Shown piece after piece: positions 62,795-64,000 of a DNA stretch of 64,000 nucleotides. Origin of the DNA: Hyphochytrium catenoides (Eukaryota > Protista > Hyphochytriomycota); the NCBI GenBank assembly GCA_900088475.1, contig FLMG01001623.1, positions 65,164-129,163 of the forward strand, given 5' to 3'. Position 1 is the first letter of the stretch; every line of letters begins with the position of its first letter. The position numbers were made by a program, and so were the translations under genes. The notes below the pieces were generated by a model. The model was not told the origin of the DNA. It was given only the letters and a program-made list of their open reading frames with translations, and did no database searches.

Positions 62795-64000
62795 TTATTC
62801 ATACTTCTCAATAAGGCAAGCATGTGCCAGCCCACTGTCTGCGCACGCAGCTAGGATGGCGTACTTTCCTCCATCCTTGATCAGTCTGTTTGAGGCCGTG
62901 GTCATCAGTCTGCACCCAGTAGCTCCGAATGGGTGTCCAAGGGCCACAGAGCCGCCCCAAGTATTCAGCTTCTCCATTGGCACTTCTCCTACTGCTCCAT
63001 CTCTCTTAAGGACTTTCTTGCCAAACTCTTCTGAAGCCATGGCCTTCAGATTGGCTAATACTTGGCCAGCAAAGGCCTCATGAATCTCCCATACATCAAT
63101 GTCTTCTGCCTTCAGACCAGCACGAGTCAGGACTTGGTTGATGGCGTAAGCAGGGCCAAGAAGAAGTTCTTCGAAGGGGTCGACCGCAGCGAAGCTCCAG
63201 TTGCGCAGCAGAGTCTTGGGCTTGAATCCCAGCTCCTTGGCCTTGTCCTCAGACATGATGAGGCAAGCAGCCGCTCCGTCCGTCAGAGCGGAGGAATTGC
63301 CTGCAGTGTGAGTTCCGTGTGGCTTGACGAAGGCAGGATTCAGGGCAGCGAGCTTCTCCGCTGAGGTCTCAGCCTTGATCAGGTTCTCATTGGTAGAACC
63401 GTTGAAGGGAAGAATCTCGCCTTCGTACTTGCCATCAGCATGTGCCTTAGCTGCATTCCTATGAGAAGCAAGAGCCAATCTGTCTTGCTCCTCGCGGGTC
63501 ACGCCAAACTTTGCCGCCAGCCTGTCACTCGAGTTTCCCATGACCTAGTACGTGTCCAGGAAGTGAGATGAGGTTAGCACACATCAACACAACCCTAAGT
63601 AATAAGACCGACAGGAAGCATGCTGAGCAGAGAGGGTGCCTTACCTCTCCTGTATGAAAGTTAGCAATAGCAGGCGCCTCAGGAGCGAAGTCCTTGGCGC
63701 TGAGACCCTTCAGAAGCTGGAGGATTCCAGCTGGACCCTTCTTCATGGCTTTGGGCGCTCTCAGAAGTCTTTTTCTTAGATTGCGGGAGAATCTGATGGG
63801 GACGTCAGAAAAAGTTTCTACGCCTCCTGCCAGGACGATGTCGGCGTTCCCAGCCAGAATCTTCTCCGCTCCAGACGCAATAGCTTGGCTTGACGAAATA
63901 CAAGCCTGAGTTACAGTGTGAGCTGGTACGTGCTTGGGGATGCCAGCGCCCAATGCAGTCTCTCTTGCGATGTTGCTCGTCTTGACCTGGGAGAGGGCAT
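62795..64000 (-). CDS. HADHB: 3-ketoacyl-CoA thiolase, trifunctional enzyme beta-subunit type; 5' end outside the window
   Basis: AHTVTQACISSSQA (catalytic Cys), GGVETFSDVPIRFSR, MGNSSDRLAAKFGVTREEQD, NSSALTDGAAA, HEAFAGQ, GHPFGATG, ACADSGLAH. Confidence 0.93.

Noticed and set aside
1-64000. CRISPR arrays, operons, prokaryotic defence systems, alternative genetic code or selenocysteine recoding
   Set aside because: The sequence is spliceosomal-intron-rich eukaryotic DNA. The exons I stitched translate with the standard code without in-frame stops, and no repeat-spacer array is visible.

Overview
Eukaryotic nuclear DNA, gene-dense and intron-rich. Introns I could reconstruct are GT-AG and mostly about 60-300 nt. 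There are two assembly gaps (3880-3907, 18139-18211). Gene content and protein style suggest a stramenopile or similar protist (inference only). The ORF track fragments most genes, so I stitched exons by hand. Genes in order: 3' end of a probable GT32 glycosyltransferase (+), alpha-kinase (+), RPB3 (-), atypical bromodomain/AT-hook protein (-), PHTF homolog (-), DUG3/EgtC-like class II amidotransferase (-), secreted class 3 lipase (-), a 1374-aa intronless protein with six Cys-rich repeats plus GT71 and CAP59/GT69-like domains (-), a 68-aa G-protein gamma subunit absent from the ORF track (+), bZIP factor (+), SHMT (+), TSET/TPLATE subunit TTRAY1/TWD40-1 with an inserted LamG-like domain (-), RPL34 (+), a Kelch-like/Ig-like type I membrane protein (+), eIF4G (+), and the 3' part of an HADHB-like thiolase (-). 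The most notable items are the TTRAY1-LamG architecture, the tandem glycosyltransferase, the PHTF homolog, the hidden G-gamma, and a roughly 210-nt structured RNA candidate downstream of RPL34. No CRISPR array, rRNA, tRNA or intact mobile element is supported. All family assignments come from motifs recognised by eye; no searches were run.
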